Part shown: positions 20,760 through 30,543 of the stretch, in pieces
Layout: every line of letters begins with the position of its first letter
Position numbering within the stretch: position 1 is the stretch's first letter
Notes under the pieces: generated by a model
Told to the model about the DNA's origin: nothing
What the model saw: only the letters and a program-made list of their open reading frames with translations
The model's database searches: none
Assembly (NCBI GenBank): GCA_963828735.1
Contig: CAWHFW010000002.1
Span: 480,001-544,000, forward strand
Direction: 5' to 3'
Length of the DNA stretch: 64,000 nucleotides
Origin: an uncultured Gemmatimonadales bacterium
GTDB lineage: Bacteria; Gemmatimonadota; Gemmatimonadetes; Gemmatimonadales; GWC2-71-9
Translations under genes and position numbers: made by a program

Positions 20760-21907
20760 GCGAGCCGGTCCGCTTCCTCACCTCCCTCTCGCAGGCGCTC
20801 TCGACGCTCGCCCTCTATGGCGAGGGTCACCCCGCCGTCCGCCGCGCGACGGACAGCGCCTACCGCCATCTCGCCGACCTGCAGGCCGGCGGCGGCGCCC
20901 TGGTGTTCACGTTTCTGCCCGAAGAGGTGCTGTTCGGGCGCGACCTCCTGCCCGATCTCGAGCGGTGGGAGTGGAGCAACCGGTTTGCGCAGGGCGGCGT
21001 GGAACGGCTCGAGATCGACGGCGCGGTGTCGGAGCCGCAGTTCGACCGCTTCCTCGGTCATCTCGCCGCGGTGGTCGGGTTGGCGGGTGACGCCCGCTCG
21101 GACCTGTGGCAGGACGGCCCCGAAGGCATCCGCTTCGGGCGCGTCCGGCTGGACGCCGGCGGCCCGGCACCGGCTCAACCTCTGCCCGTCGCCAAGCTGG
21201 CCTACTCACTCAGAGAGGAGCGCGACGCCGTGGGCTGGATGCACCAGGAGGTGAGCGCAGGCCACTCCCTTCCGTTGCTCGAGGCCTACGGCGTGGTCCG
21301 CTCGCTGTCGCTCGCGATGCACGGCGGCCAGGCGATGGTGATGCCGCTCCTCCAGCTCAAGGAGTTCGACCAGTACACCACGACCCACTCCATGAACGTC
21401 TCGGTCCTGGCGATGTCCCTGGGCGAATTCCTCGGCGCGGCGCCCACGGCAGTGCGGAGCTTTGGACTCGCCGGGTTGCTCCACGATCTGGGCAAGGTGA
21501 GGATCCCGCGGGAGATTCTGGCAAAACCAGGGAAGCTCACGCCCGAGGAGCGGACGGTGGTCGAGGCGCATCCCTCGGATGGAGCCCGGCTCATCCTTCG
21601 CGGTGACGAGCCGCTGGACCTGGCCGCGGTCGTGGCCTACGAGCATCACCGTTACCACGATGGCGGCGGATATCCCCGGGTCCATTACGACCGCGCGGCC
21701 CACCACGCCAGCCGCCTGGTCCACGTCTGCGACGTGTACGACGCCCTCCGCACCCGCCGTCCCTATCGCGACGCCTGGTCGTCCACCGAGGCGCTCACCT
21801 ACATCCATGACCGGGCCGGCTCGGAGTTCGACCCCGCGATGGCCGCCACGTTCATCGAGATGATGCGGCGATGGGACGACCGCATTGCCCTCCAGGAAAT
21901 CGCCTGA
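20756..21907 (+). CDS. HD-GYP phosphodiesterase
   Basis: YTTTHSMNV, LLHDLGK, HH..DGGGYP, VCDVYDAL..RPYR, FDP. Confidence 0.92.
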   Translation: MSEPVRFLTSLSQALSTLALYGEGHPAVRRATDSAYRHLADLQAGGGALVFTFLPEEVLFGRDLLPDLERWEWSNRFAQGGVERLEIDGAVSEPQFDRFLGHLAAVVGLAGDARSDLWQDGPEGIRFGRVRLDAGGPAPAQPLPVAKLAYSLREERDAVGWMHQEVSAGHSLPLLEAYGVVRSLSLAMHGGQAMVMPLLQLKEFDQYTTTHSMNVSVLAMSLGEFLGAAPTAVRSFGLAGLLHDLGKVRIPREILAKPGKLTPEERTVVEAHPSDGARLILRGDEPLDLAAVVAYEHHRYHDGGGYPRVHYDRAAHHASRLVHVCDVYDALRTRRPYRDAWSSTEALTYIHDRAGSEFDPAMAATFIEMMRRWDDRIALQEIA

Positions 21908-21955
21908 CGCTTTTCCAGGACAACCGAGCGACCGGAAGTGTGTCGTGCTCTCGCG

Positions 21956-22978
21956 CTACCCCGCCGCGATCCGGCTGCTGCGGGGCGCGTTGGACCGGCG
22001 CCGCGCGACGATGTCGCTCACGATGAGCTCGCCGTGGCCCCGTGCGTTCTCGATGAACAGCCGGTTCGCGTCGTTGCCGCTCGCGATCACCCCGGCGAGG
22101 TAGACGCCCTCGACCGGCGTGCCCATCGAGCGCTCGTCATGCGCCGGCACGCCGGTCGCCTCATCCACCGGAACGCCGAGCCGGCGAAGCAGCGTCGTGT
22201 CGGCGTGGTAGCCCGTCATGGCGAGCACGGCGTCACACGGCAGGCACTCGACGGCGCCGGCCTCCGAAACGAGCTCCACCTCGGTCGGAGTGACGGCCCG
22301 GACCCGGGTTCGCCAGCGCACCGCGATGCTCCCTTCCTTCACCCGGTTGGTGATGTCAGGCAGCACCCACGCCTTGACGGTCCGGTCGAAGCCATCGCCG
22401 AAGTGGACCAAGGTCACCGTCGCCCCGGCTCTCCAGCATTCGAGCGCCGCGTCCACGCTGCTGTTCCCCGCGCCGATCACCAGGACCCGCCGATGCCAGT
22501 ATGGGTGCCCTTCGAGGAAGTAGTGAGTGACGTGCGGCAGCTCTTCGCCGGGAATGCCGAGGAAATTGGGGTTGTCGTAGTACCCGGTGGCGAACACGAC
22601 GTTGGCCGCACGATATCGCTTGGCGTCGTGGGGGCGCTGGACGTCCAGGGTGAAGCCCCCATCCCCCTCCTGACGGACGTCCACCACCTCCTCACCGGGC
22701 CGGATGTCGAGTCGGTAGTGCTCCGCCACGCGCCGGTAGTAGATGAGGCCGTCGGCGCGTGTCGGCTTCTCATGGCTCGCGATGAACGGAATCCCGCCGA
22801 TCTCGATGCGCTCGGGCGTGGAGAAGAAGGTCATCTGGAGCGGGTAACGCTCGATCGTCGAGACGATCGTGCGCCGGTCCAGCACCACGCAGCCAAGCCC
22901 TGCCCGGGCCGCGGCGATGGCGGCGGCGAGGCCGCAGGGCCCCGCTCCGATGACGATGAGATCCGCCGTCTCGGTCAT
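21956..22978 (-). CDS. ypdA: YpdA-family putative bacillithiol disulfide reductase
   Basis: GAGPCGL, YPLQMTFFST, KPTR....YY, ATGYYD.P, GAGNS.VDAALE, WVLPDI.NR, FIENAR.H. Confidence 0.88.
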   Translation of the reverse strand: MTETADLIVIGAGPCGLAAAIAAARAGLGCVVLDRRTIVSTIERYPLQMTFFSTPERIEIGGIPFIASHEKPTRADGLIYYRRVAEHYRLDIRPGEEVVDVRQEGDGGFTLDVQRPHDAKRYRAANVVFATGYYDNPNFLGIPGEELPHVTHYFLEGHPYWHRRVLVIGAGNSSVDAALECWRAGATVTLVHFGDGFDRTVKAWVLPDITNRVKEGSIAVRWRTRVRAVTPTEVELVSEAGAVECLPCDAVLAMTGYHADTTLLRRLGVPVDEATGVPAHDERSMGTPVEGVYLAGVIASGNDANRLFIENARGHGELIVSDIVARRRSNAPRSSRIAAG

Positions 22979-24255
22979 ACCTCGATGATCTGATCGCGGC
23001 GGGTGCCCACGCTGACGTAGCGCACGGGCGCGCCGGACAACGTTTCGAGGCGGTCGAGATAGGCCCGCGCCCCCTTGGGCAGGTCGGCGAGGCGCCGAGC
23101 AGCCCCGGTGGTCTGCTGCCACCCCGGAAGGACCTCGTAAACCGGCTTCACGCGACCGAGCGCATCCGCCATGGCTGGCATCTCCTCGCACGTCTCGTCG
23201 TCGAGACGATACGCGGTGCAGACCGGGATCTCGGCGAACGTATCCAGCACGTCCATCTTGGTGACCGCGAGCCCTGTCAGCCCGTTCACCCGGACCGCGT
23301 ACCGCACCACCGTAGCGTCGAACCATCCACAGCGGCGCGGCCGGCCGGTTACCGACCCGAACTCGCCGCCCAACTCGCGGAGCCGTTCGCCGAACGGGCT
23401 CTCGGCCTCGGTGGGGAGCGGCCCGTTGCCGACCCGCGTGGTATAGGCCTTCACGACGCCGAGCACGCCGTGAATGGCGGTGGGCCCCAGGCCGGCGCCG
23501 ACCGCGGCGCCGCCGGCCGTGGTGTTCGAGGATGTGACGTACGGATACGTGCCGTGGTCCACGTCGAGCAGGGCGCCCTGGGCGCCCTCGAGCAGTACCC
23601 GCTTCCCGTCTCGAAGCGCCCGATGGACCAGCAGGCCGGTGTCGGCCGAGAGCGGCAAGAGGCGAGGGGCGAGGCGGTCGAGCAATTCGGCGTGCTGATC
23701 GAACGAGGCCCGCTCGGGGCTGCCCATGAGCTCCAACAGGCGGTTGGCGCGCGCGACGCGGTCGGCCAGGAGCGGACGGGTGCAGTCGAGGTGCCGCAGG
23801 TCGGCCACGCGAATGCCCCGGCGGCCGTATTTGTCCTCGTACGCCGGGCCGATGCCGCGCCCGGTCGTGCCGATGTTCTGGCTCTTTTCGCTCGCGGCGT
23901 CGAGCAGCTTGTGGAACGGAAGGACGAGGTGCGCGCGGTCGGAGACGAACATCCGGCCGGCGGTGTCGACCCCCCGTCCAGCCAGCTGATCCAGCTCCCC
24001 GAAGAACGTCTCAGGCTCCAGCACGACACCGTTCCCGACGATGCACGTCACGTTGGGATGCAGGATGCCGGACGGGATCTGACGAAGGATGAAATGCGAG
24101 TCGCCGATGACGACCGTGTGGCCGGCATTGGCGCCTCCCTGGTAACGGACGACATAGTCGGCTCGCTCGGCGAGGACGTCGACCAGCTTCCCCTTCCCTT
24201 CGTCACCCCACTGAGCACCCACGACCACCACGCAGGCGGTCTTGGCGTCGAACAT
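22975..24255 (-). CDS. purA: Adenylosuccinate synthetase
   Basis: GAQWGDEGKGK, GGANAGHT, GTTGRGIGPAY, EGAQG, VTGRPRRCGW. Confidence 0.98.
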   Translation of the reverse strand: MFDAKTACVVVVGAQWGDEGKGKLVDVLAERADYVVRYQGGANAGHTVVIGDSHFILRQIPSGILHPNVTCIVGNGVVLEPETFFGELDQLAGRGVDTAGRMFVSDRAHLVLPFHKLLDAASEKSQNIGTTGRGIGPAYEDKYGRRGIRVADLRHLDCTRPLLADRVARANRLLELMGSPERASFDQHAELLDRLAPRLLPLSADTGLLVHRALRDGKRVLLEGAQGALLDVDHGTYPYVTSSNTTAGGAAVGAGLGPTAIHGVLGVVKAYTTRVGNGPLPTEAESPFGERLRELGGEFGSVTGRPRRCGWFDATVVRYAVRVNGLTGLAVTKMDVLDTFAEIPVCTAYRLDDETCEEMPAMADALGRVKPVYEVLPGWQQTTGAARRLADLPKGARAYLDRLETLSGAPVRYVSVGTRRDQIIEV

Positions 24256-24279
24256 GGCGTATCTCCCGATCGCCCAATG

Positions 24280-24302
24280 AAAAAGAGCCCCTCGCGGGGC
24301 TC
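24280..24302 (-). terminator. Intrinsic terminator about 25 nt upstream of the purA start
   Basis: Minus strand GAGCCCC-GCGA-GGGGCTC-TTTTT. Confidence 0.7.
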
Positions 24303-24342
24303 CAGCATCCTCGGGCAAACGTATCCGATGGTCAGCCAACAG

Positions 24343-25422
24343 TCAATTCACCGCGAGCGCCCGTCCCACCCGTTCGGCCATCTCCAGTGAGAGGCCGTCG
24401 GCGGTGTCGGCCGGGGTGTGGATGGTGCGAAGCGTCCGCCAGGTGAGCCGACCGATGGTCACCGCTGGGATTCCGCGCCGAGCGAAAGGCAGGCTGTCCG
24501 TCAGGATGCCGAGCGGGAGGCGCCGAATCCGCGCGTCAAGCCCGGCGCGGGCGAGCATCGGCGCAAGCCTCCGGGCGAGCTCGGTGCCGCGCGGATCGTG
24601 GCTCACCAGCGCGAGCTCCCCTTCCTGATCGATGGTGTCGAGGTTCACGATGACAACGTCGCGCAGGTCTGCTGCTCGCTGGGCCGCGAAGATCCGAGCG
24701 CCCACCAGCCCGAACTCCTCCGCGCCCGTGATCAGGATGCCGGTCCCATCGCCTGGCCAGCCCTCGGCCGCGGCGAGCGCGGCGGCGACGCCGGTGCCGT
24801 TGTCGCGCGCGCCGGGAGATGTACCCCGGAGCCGACCGCGCCCGGCGAGCGCCCCGGCGACGACCGCGAGACCCGCCCCCGCGGCCGCCGTAGCGAGCCC
24901 GACCGGAGCGCGAAGCCGGGCAACCGCCAGCGCCATCAGGACCATTACGGCGAGGCCCACCACCCACACCGCCACCAAGCGGCCGGCCATGGACTGCGCC
25001 TGCGCCTTCGTATCGAGGTGAGCCACGATCCAACGCCGCACAGGCCCCGGACCGCGCGTTGCGATCAGGTTGGCGTCCTCGCGCGCAGCTCCGCCGAGAG
25101 GGACCCAGCCGAGCCCGACGCCGACGGAGAGAAGCAGGATCACCGCGATGCCACCGGCCAGGAGCAGCAGGGCCGCCCAACCCGGGGGCGCCGAGGCGGT
25201 CAGCGCCGGGAAGAGGACAAGCGCCAGCGCTCCGAGACCCGCGCCGAACAGCGGCAGCCCCAGCGGGGCCGAGGGCGCGAAGGCGAACGGCTGGCGTTCC
25301 ACGCGGTAGCCCAGCGCTTCAAGATGCGCCGCGACAAGGTCACGGGCCGCGTGCGCGGCCGGGGTTCCGGCCTCTCGCGGCCCGTCGAGCAGGCGTCGCA
25401 TGGTGTCGTGCAGCGCGGGCAC
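24343..25422 (-). CDS. Membrane-associated M28 family peptidase
   Basis: AHLD, GARDNGTG, GAEEFGL, NLD, HTPADT, with inserted hydrophobic helices. Confidence 0.85.
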   Translation of the reverse strand: MPALHDTMRRLLDGPREAGTPAAHAARDLVAAHLEALGYRVERQPFAFAPSAPLGLPLFGAGLGALALVLFPALTASAPPGWAALLLLAGGIAVILLLSVGVGLGWVPLGGAAREDANLIATRGPGPVRRWIVAHLDTKAQAQSMAGRLVAVWVVGLAVMVLMALAVARLRAPVGLATAAAGAGLAVVAGALAGRGRLRGTSPGARDNGTGVAAALAAAEGWPGDGTGILITGAEEFGLVGARIFAAQRAADLRDVVIVNLDTIDQEGELALVSHDPRGTELARRLAPMLARAGLDARIRRLPLGILTDSLPFARRGIPAVTIGRLTWRTLRTIHTPADTADGLSLEMAERVGRALAVN

Positions 25423-25432
25423 GTGGATTGGC

Positions 25433-26515
25433 TCAGGCCGAGGCGGCCTGCTTGGAGCCCTTCTTGGCGGATGCAGAGCCGGACGTCGTGAGCGAGAGCG
25501 CGGCCTTCGCGGTCTCCTGCGTGATGAGGCCCGCGTCGACGAGGTCGCTCACATGCTGCTCGAACGTCTGGGTACCGAGCGGCTTGCGGCCGTCGGCCAT
25601 GTGCTTGCGGAGCTCGCCGGTGCGAGCTGCGTCCTTGAGCGTCTCGCGCACCGCGGGCGTTGCGACCAACACCTCGACGGCGGCCACGCGCCCCTTGTCG
25701 TCCTTCTGCGGCAGGAGCTGCTGCGAGACGACGGCCCGGAGCGCCTCGGAGAGCCGCATGCGCCCGATCTCACGCTCCTCGCGCGGCAGCGTGGTGAGGA
25801 TGCGGTCGATCGTGGCGGTGACGTCGGGCGTCGGCATGGTCGCGATGACGAGGTGCCCCGTCTCGGCGCCCTTGATCGCCGTGTCGATCGTGTCGGCATC
25901 CGCGATCTCCCCGAGCACCACGACGTCCGGGTCCTGCCGCAGCGCGGCTCGCAGGCCGATCGTGAGATTCTCGGTGTCCACGCCGACCTCGCGCTGCGTG
26001 ATGGAGCAGCTCAGGTCGCGGTGCAGAAACTCGATCGGGTTCTCGATGGTGACGACGTGCTTCTGCTGGGTGCGGTTGATGTGGTGCACCATGGCGGCCA
26101 CCGTCGAGCTCTTGCCGCTGCCGCTCACCCCGGTCACGAGCACGAGGCCCCGGTCCGACTCCGCGATCGGCGCCAGAATCGCGGGCAGCCGCAGCGATTC
26201 AATAGTCGGTACCGTAAAGGGAATCACGCGCATGACGATCATGAAGGACGAGCGCTGCCGCAGCACGTTGACGCGAAAGCGCCCCACGCCGGGCATGCCC
26301 CACGAGCAGTCGAAGTCGCGCAGGCGGTCGATTTTCGACCGGTCCTCGTCGCTGCTGATCAGCTTGAGCGCGATCGCCCGGGTCTGGTCGGGGGTGAGGC
26401 GCTGCTTGGTGAGCGGCACCAGCTTGCCGTTGATCCGGGCGCGGAAGACGTCACCCGCCTTGATGTGGAGGTCGGAGGCCCCGCGCTCGACAGCCGCTTT
26501 AATGATCTTTTCCAT
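25433..26515 (-). CDS. pilT: PilT/PilU family type IV pilus ATPase
   Basis: ASDLHI, GRFRVN, GVSGSGKS, QREVG, ALRQDPD, ETGHLV. Confidence 0.88.
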   Translation of the reverse strand: MEKIIKAAVERGASDLHIKAGDVFRARINGKLVPLTKQRLTPDQTRAIALKLISSDEDRSKIDRLRDFDCSWGMPGVGRFRVNVLRQRSSFMIVMRVIPFTVPTIESLRLPAILAPIAESDRGLVLVTGVSGSGKSSTVAAMVHHINRTQQKHVVTIENPIEFLHRDLSCSITQREVGVDTENLTIGLRAALRQDPDVVVLGEIADADTIDTAIKGAETGHLVIATMPTPDVTATIDRILTTLPREEREIGRMRLSEALRAVVSQQLLPQKDDKGRVAAVEVLVATPAVRETLKDAARTGELRKHMADGRKPLGTQTFEQHVSDLVDAGLITQETAKAALSLTTSGSASAKKGSKQAASA

Positions 26516-26586
26516 GGACGCCTGCCAGAGAAGTCCCGAATCCGTGACCGCCGCCCACTCGAGCCGGCGATCGTACGACCGGCGCG

Positions 26587-27582
26587 CTATGACGTGCACG
26601 CCGGCAAGAAGCCCATCCGTGCGCGGACCTCGGCCATCGTCTCGCCCGCGAGGCGGCGGGCGGTGGCCGCGCCGTCGCCAAGGATCTGGTCCACCCGCGT
26701 TGGCTGCGCCTGAAGCTCGAGGGCGCGCGCGCGAATCGGGGCGAGCGTCGCGATCATGTTGTCGGCGAGAACACGCTTGCAGTCCAGGCAGCCCCATCGG
26801 GCGCCACGGCAATTCTCGGCCACCAGCTCCACCGTCTCCGGCGGCGAGAAGTACTTGTGCAGGTGATAGAGGTTGCAGATCTCGGGAGTCCCGGGATCCT
26901 TCTTGGTCACCCGCGCGGGATCGGTCTTGGCCGGGCGCAGCTTCTGCCAGATCTCGTCGGGCGTGTCCAGCAGGCCGATGGTGTTGCCCAGGCTCTTCGA
27001 CATCTTGGCCTGACCGTCGAGCCCCATGATCCGCTTGGCCTCGGTGAGAAGCGGCTTGGGCTCGGGAAACCAGTCCTCCCCGCCACCGAACTCCGCGTTC
27101 CACTTGCGCGCGACCTCACGGGCGAGCTCGAGATGCTGCGTCTGGTCCTCGCCGACCGGCACCAGGTCGGCGCGATAGAGCAGGATGTCGGCCGCCATCA
27201 GCACGGGGTAGTTGAGCAGCCCGGCCGGGACACTTTCGAAACGTTGAGACTTATCTTTGAACTGCGTCATCCGCTCCAGCTCGCCGATCGGCGTGATCGT
27301 ATTGAGCAGCCACTGGAGCTCGGAGTGCGCCGGCACGTGGGACTGCACGAACAGGACCGCCCGATCGGGATCGATCCCCGAGGCCAGCAACCCAATGGCC
27401 ATGTCGCGGGTGCGCTGGGCCAGCGTTTCCTGCTCGTACTTCCCGGTAATCGCGTGCAGGTCCACCACGCAGTAGATACAGTCGTAGCTCTGCTGCAGCG
27501 TGACCCAATTCTGCACCGCGCCAAGCCAGTTGCCGATGTGCAGCTCGCCGGACGGCTGGATTCCCGAGAATATGCGTGGCAT
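26587..27582 (-). CDS. trpS: Tryptophan--tRNA ligase
   Basis: SGIQPSG, HIGN, YPVLMAADIL, VGEDQ, KMSKS. Confidence 0.98.
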   Translation of the reverse strand: MPRIFSGIQPSGELHIGNWLGAVQNWVTLQQSYDCIYCVVDLHAITGKYEQETLAQRTRDMAIGLLASGIDPDRAVLFVQSHVPAHSELQWLLNTITPIGELERMTQFKDKSQRFESVPAGLLNYPVLMAADILLYRADLVPVGEDQTQHLELAREVARKWNAEFGGGEDWFPEPKPLLTEAKRIMGLDGQAKMSKSLGNTIGLLDTPDEIWQKLRPAKTDPARVTKKDPGTPEICNLYHLHKYFSPPETVELVAENCRGARWGCLDCKRVLADNMIATLAPIRARALELQAQPTRVDQILGDGAATARRLAGETMAEVRARMGFLPACTS

Positions 27583-27621
27583 CGGCGGAAGTTACCCGGT
27601 TCAACGGAGGGCAGCAAGACA

Positions 27622-28403
27622 GTGTCGGCGTTGGACTTACTTCACCTCGCCAAACTCGCCGCCGAGCGGGCCGGCGGCTACCTCCGTGCCGTCGAGCGGC
27701 CGGCGGATCCGACCGCCTGGACTCTCAAGGGAAGTCGCGACTTCGTGACCGAGGTGGATCGCGCGGCCGAGCGGATCATCGCCGACGTACTGCTCGCCGC
27801 CGAGCCGGGCAGCCGGATCGTGGGTGAGGAGCTGAGCCCCGACGTGGTCAGCGAAGGACTCGTGTGGATCGTGGATCCGCTGGATGGGACCACTAATTTT
27901 TTGCACGATTTTCCGAGCTATGCGGTATCGATCGCCGCGGCGGTGGACGGGGCGCTCGAGGCGGCCGTCGTGCTGCAGGTGCCGCGCCAGGAGTGCTACA
28001 CGGCGGCCCGGGGGCCGGCGCGTGGCGAGGCGACCACCGGCTATCGGTCTCTCCCATCACCGACCCCGCGTTCGCGCTCATCGGCACAGGCTTTCCGTTC
28101 AAGGATACCTCGTCGCTGGGCGAGTACCTGTCCCAGTTCGCGCGGGTGGCAGCACAAACCAGCGGGATCCGCCGGCCGGGGTCCGCGGCGCTCGATCTCG
28201 CGGACGTCGCGGCCGGCCGGTTCGACGGCTTCTGGGAGCAGCGGCTCTCGGCGTGGGACCTGGCCGCGGGCGCACTGCTGGTCAGGGAGGCCGGCGGCAT
28301 CGTCACGGATTTCTCCGGACGCGACATCGGGGCGGAGCATACGGCGGTCGTCGCGGGGAATCCGGCGATTCACGCGTGGCTGCTGGAGATCGTCGGCGCC
28401 TAG
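27622..28403 (+). CDS. suhB: Inositol monophosphatase family (frameshift at about 28010)
   Basis: DFVTEVD, GEE, WIVDPLDGTTNF, GSAALDL, WDLAAG..LVREAGG. Confidence 0.92.
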
Positions 28404-28447
28404 ACTTCACCAGACCATCGCAGGCAAGCAGAGAGGGTGCGCACACG

Positions 28448-29083
28448 ATGCCGATTCCGGAACCCGACGCCTCGCTCAAGCATTGGCTCGACGCCGTGGC
28501 CGCGCCGACGGCCGCGCCGGGAGGCGGTGCCGCGGCGGCCGTGGCCGGCGCGCTCGGCGCTGCGCTCGTGCAGATGGTTGCCGGCCTCACCGGCGCCCGC
28601 GAGAAGTACGCCCCCGTGCACGACATGGCCGCGCGCGCGGGCGTGAAGGCGGAGCGGCTGCGCGATGGGATGCTGAGCCTGGCGGCCCGCGATGCCCGCG
28701 CGTTCGACGGGTTCACCCGCGCGCTCGCGCTGCCAGCGACCACCTCGGACGAGCGCGAGCGGCGCGCGCGCGCCAAGGCCGATGCGCTCGCCGTCGGGGC
28801 GGCGGTTCAGCTCGAGCTGCTGGCGCACCTGGCGCAGGTCGCCGACCTCTCGCTCGAGATCGCCGAGCAAGGGCTGGCTAGCGCCGTCGGCGACGCCGCG
28901 ACGGCTGCGTTCCTCGCGGTCGGCGCCGCGCGGAGCGCGTACTGGTCGGTGCGGAGCAATCTGGCGGAGGTGGCTGGCGGCGTGGCCGACCGGGAGCGGG
29001 TGGGCGCCGCGACGACGCTGTTGGAGCGGGTGGAGGACGCGGAACGGCGGGTGCGGCACCTGCTGGAGGCGCGAGTTCCCTGA
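28448..29083 (+). CDS. Formiminotetrahydrofolate cyclodeaminase / cyclohydrolase family
   Basis: APGGGAAAA..GALGAAL..MVA.LT, DARAF, D...A, VRSNL. Confidence 0.85.
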   Translation: MPIPEPDASLKHWLDAVAAPTAAPGGGAAAAVAGALGAALVQMVAGLTGAREKYAPVHDMAARAGVKAERLRDGMLSLAARDARAFDGFTRALALPATTSDERERRARAKADALAVGAAVQLELLAHLAQVADLSLEIAEQGLASAVGDAATAAFLAVGAARSAYWSVRSNLAEVAGGVADRERVGAATTLLERVEDAERRVRHLLEARVP

Positions 29084-29086
29084 GGA

Positions 29087-29839
29087 TCAGGCGGCGGTGA
29101 GGATCCGCGGCCCTTCCGGGGTGATCGCGACGGTGTGCTCGAAGTGCGCCGAGAGGCTGCCATCGGCCGTGACGACGGTCCACTTGTCGCCCAGGGTCCG
29201 CGTGACCGGGCTTCCGATCGTGATCATCGGCTCGATGGCGAGTGTCATGCCCTCGAGCAGCCTCGGCCCTCGTTTCGGGTTGCCGTAGTTGGGCACCTGC
29301 GGCTCCTCGTGGAACCGCGTGCCGATCCCGTGCCCCACCAGCTCGCGTACCACGCCGTAGCCGGCGCCTTCCGCGACCTTCTGCACGGCATGCCCGATAT
29401 CCCCCACGTGATTCCCCACGCGCGCCTGCGCGATGCCCGCCGCCAGGCATTCCCGCGTCACGGTGAGCAGTCGCTGGGTCCCGGGGTCGATGGCGCCCAC
29501 CGGGAGGGTCGTCGCCGAGTCGGCGTGAAGCCCCTCGAGGTGCACGCCCACGTCCACGCTGACGATGCTTCCCTCCGCCAGTACCCGTTTGGTGGACGGA
29601 ATGCCGTGCACGATCTCGGTATCGATCGACGTGCAGAGCGTCTTGGGAAACCCGTACAGCCCCTTGAAGGACGGCGTGGCCCCGTCGTGGCTCCGGATGA
29701 ACGACTCCGCCGCCGCGTCGAGATCCTCGGTGGACATCCCCGGACGGAGAATCTCGCCCATGAGGGCGAGCGTCCCCGCGACGATGCGCCCCGCGCGGGC
29801 CATCACCTCGATCTCCCGAGGGGACTTGAGCGTGATCAT
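29087..29839 (-). CDS. map: Methionine aminopeptidase type I
   Basis: HGIP, D.G......DSA, GHGIG..FHEEP, IEPM, SAHFEHT. Confidence 0.97.
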   Translation of the reverse strand: MITLKSPREIEVMARAGRIVAGTLALMGEILRPGMSTEDLDAAAESFIRSHDGATPSFKGLYGFPKTLCTSIDTEIVHGIPSTKRVLAEGSIVSVDVGVHLEGLHADSATTLPVGAIDPGTQRLLTVTRECLAAGIAQARVGNHVGDIGHAVQKVAEGAGYGVVRELVGHGIGTRFHEEPQVPNYGNPKRGPRLLEGMTLAIEPMITIGSPVTRTLGDKWTVVTADGSLSAHFEHTVAITPEGPRILTAA

Positions 29840-29840
29840 G

Positions 29841-30404
29841 TCAGCGGCCAAGGGCCCCGCGCACGCGGCCGGCGATGTCCTCGACGGTACCGACCGCGGG
29901 GATGCGGCGCACCTGCTGCCGCGCGTCGTACCAGGCAAGCAGCGGCGCCGTCTGCTCGCGATAGGCCCGGAGGCGCGTCGCGACGGCGGCGGGATCGTCA
30001 TCGGCGCGGTGCTCCACCGTCCGGCGCCGGTCGAGCCGGGCCAGGATCTCGTCGTCGGTGACGTCGAAGAAGAGCACCGCGTCCAGCCCCCTCCCCTTCT
30101 CGGCCAGAATGCGCTCCATCCCCTCGGCCTGGGGAATCGTGCGGACCACGCCGTCGAAGATCACGCCCTTCTGCGCCTGGGGCTTGGCCAGCTCCTCACG
30201 CACGACGCCGAGAATGATGTCGTCGCTCACGAGGTGCCCTGCCTCCATCACCGCCTTGGCCTGGAGCCCGAGTGGCGTGGCGCGCTTCACCGCGTCCCGG
30301 AGCAGGTCGCCCGTGGCGAATTTCGGCAGGCCGAGCGATTCGGCCAGGAGCGCGCCCTGTGTGCCCTTGCCGGCGCCGGGCGGACCCATGAGGAGAATGT
30401 CCAT
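29841..30404 (-). CDS. adk: Adenylate kinase, short form without LID
   Basis: GPPGAGKGTQ, TGDLLR, FDG..R, RADD. Confidence 0.96.
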   Translation of the reverse strand: MDILLMGPPGAGKGTQGALLAESLGLPKFATGDLLRDAVKRATPLGLQAKAVMEAGHLVSDDIILGVVREELAKPQAQKGVIFDGVVRTIPQAEGMERILAEKGRGLDAVLFFDVTDDEILARLDRRRTVEHRADDDPAAVATRLRAYREQTAPLLAWYDARQQVRRIPAVGTVEDIAGRVRGALGR

Positions 30405-30452
30405 GTCGTCTGCGCGTCGTCCTGAATCGTGAGTGTGGTGGCCCAAGCGTCG

Positions 30453-30532
30453 GAAGTCGTAGGTCGCAGGTCGCGCGTGCTGCCGGTGGCCTGACGGCCC
30501 CCGGAGACGTACGGCCTACGACCTACGACTTC
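30453..30532. repeat. Heptamer-based intergenic inverted repeat between secY and adk
   Basis: GAAGTCGTAGGTCG...CGACCTACGACTTC perfect 14-bp arms built from GTCG(T/C)AG units. Confidence 0.75.
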
Positions 30533-30543
30533 TGACCAGCTCG

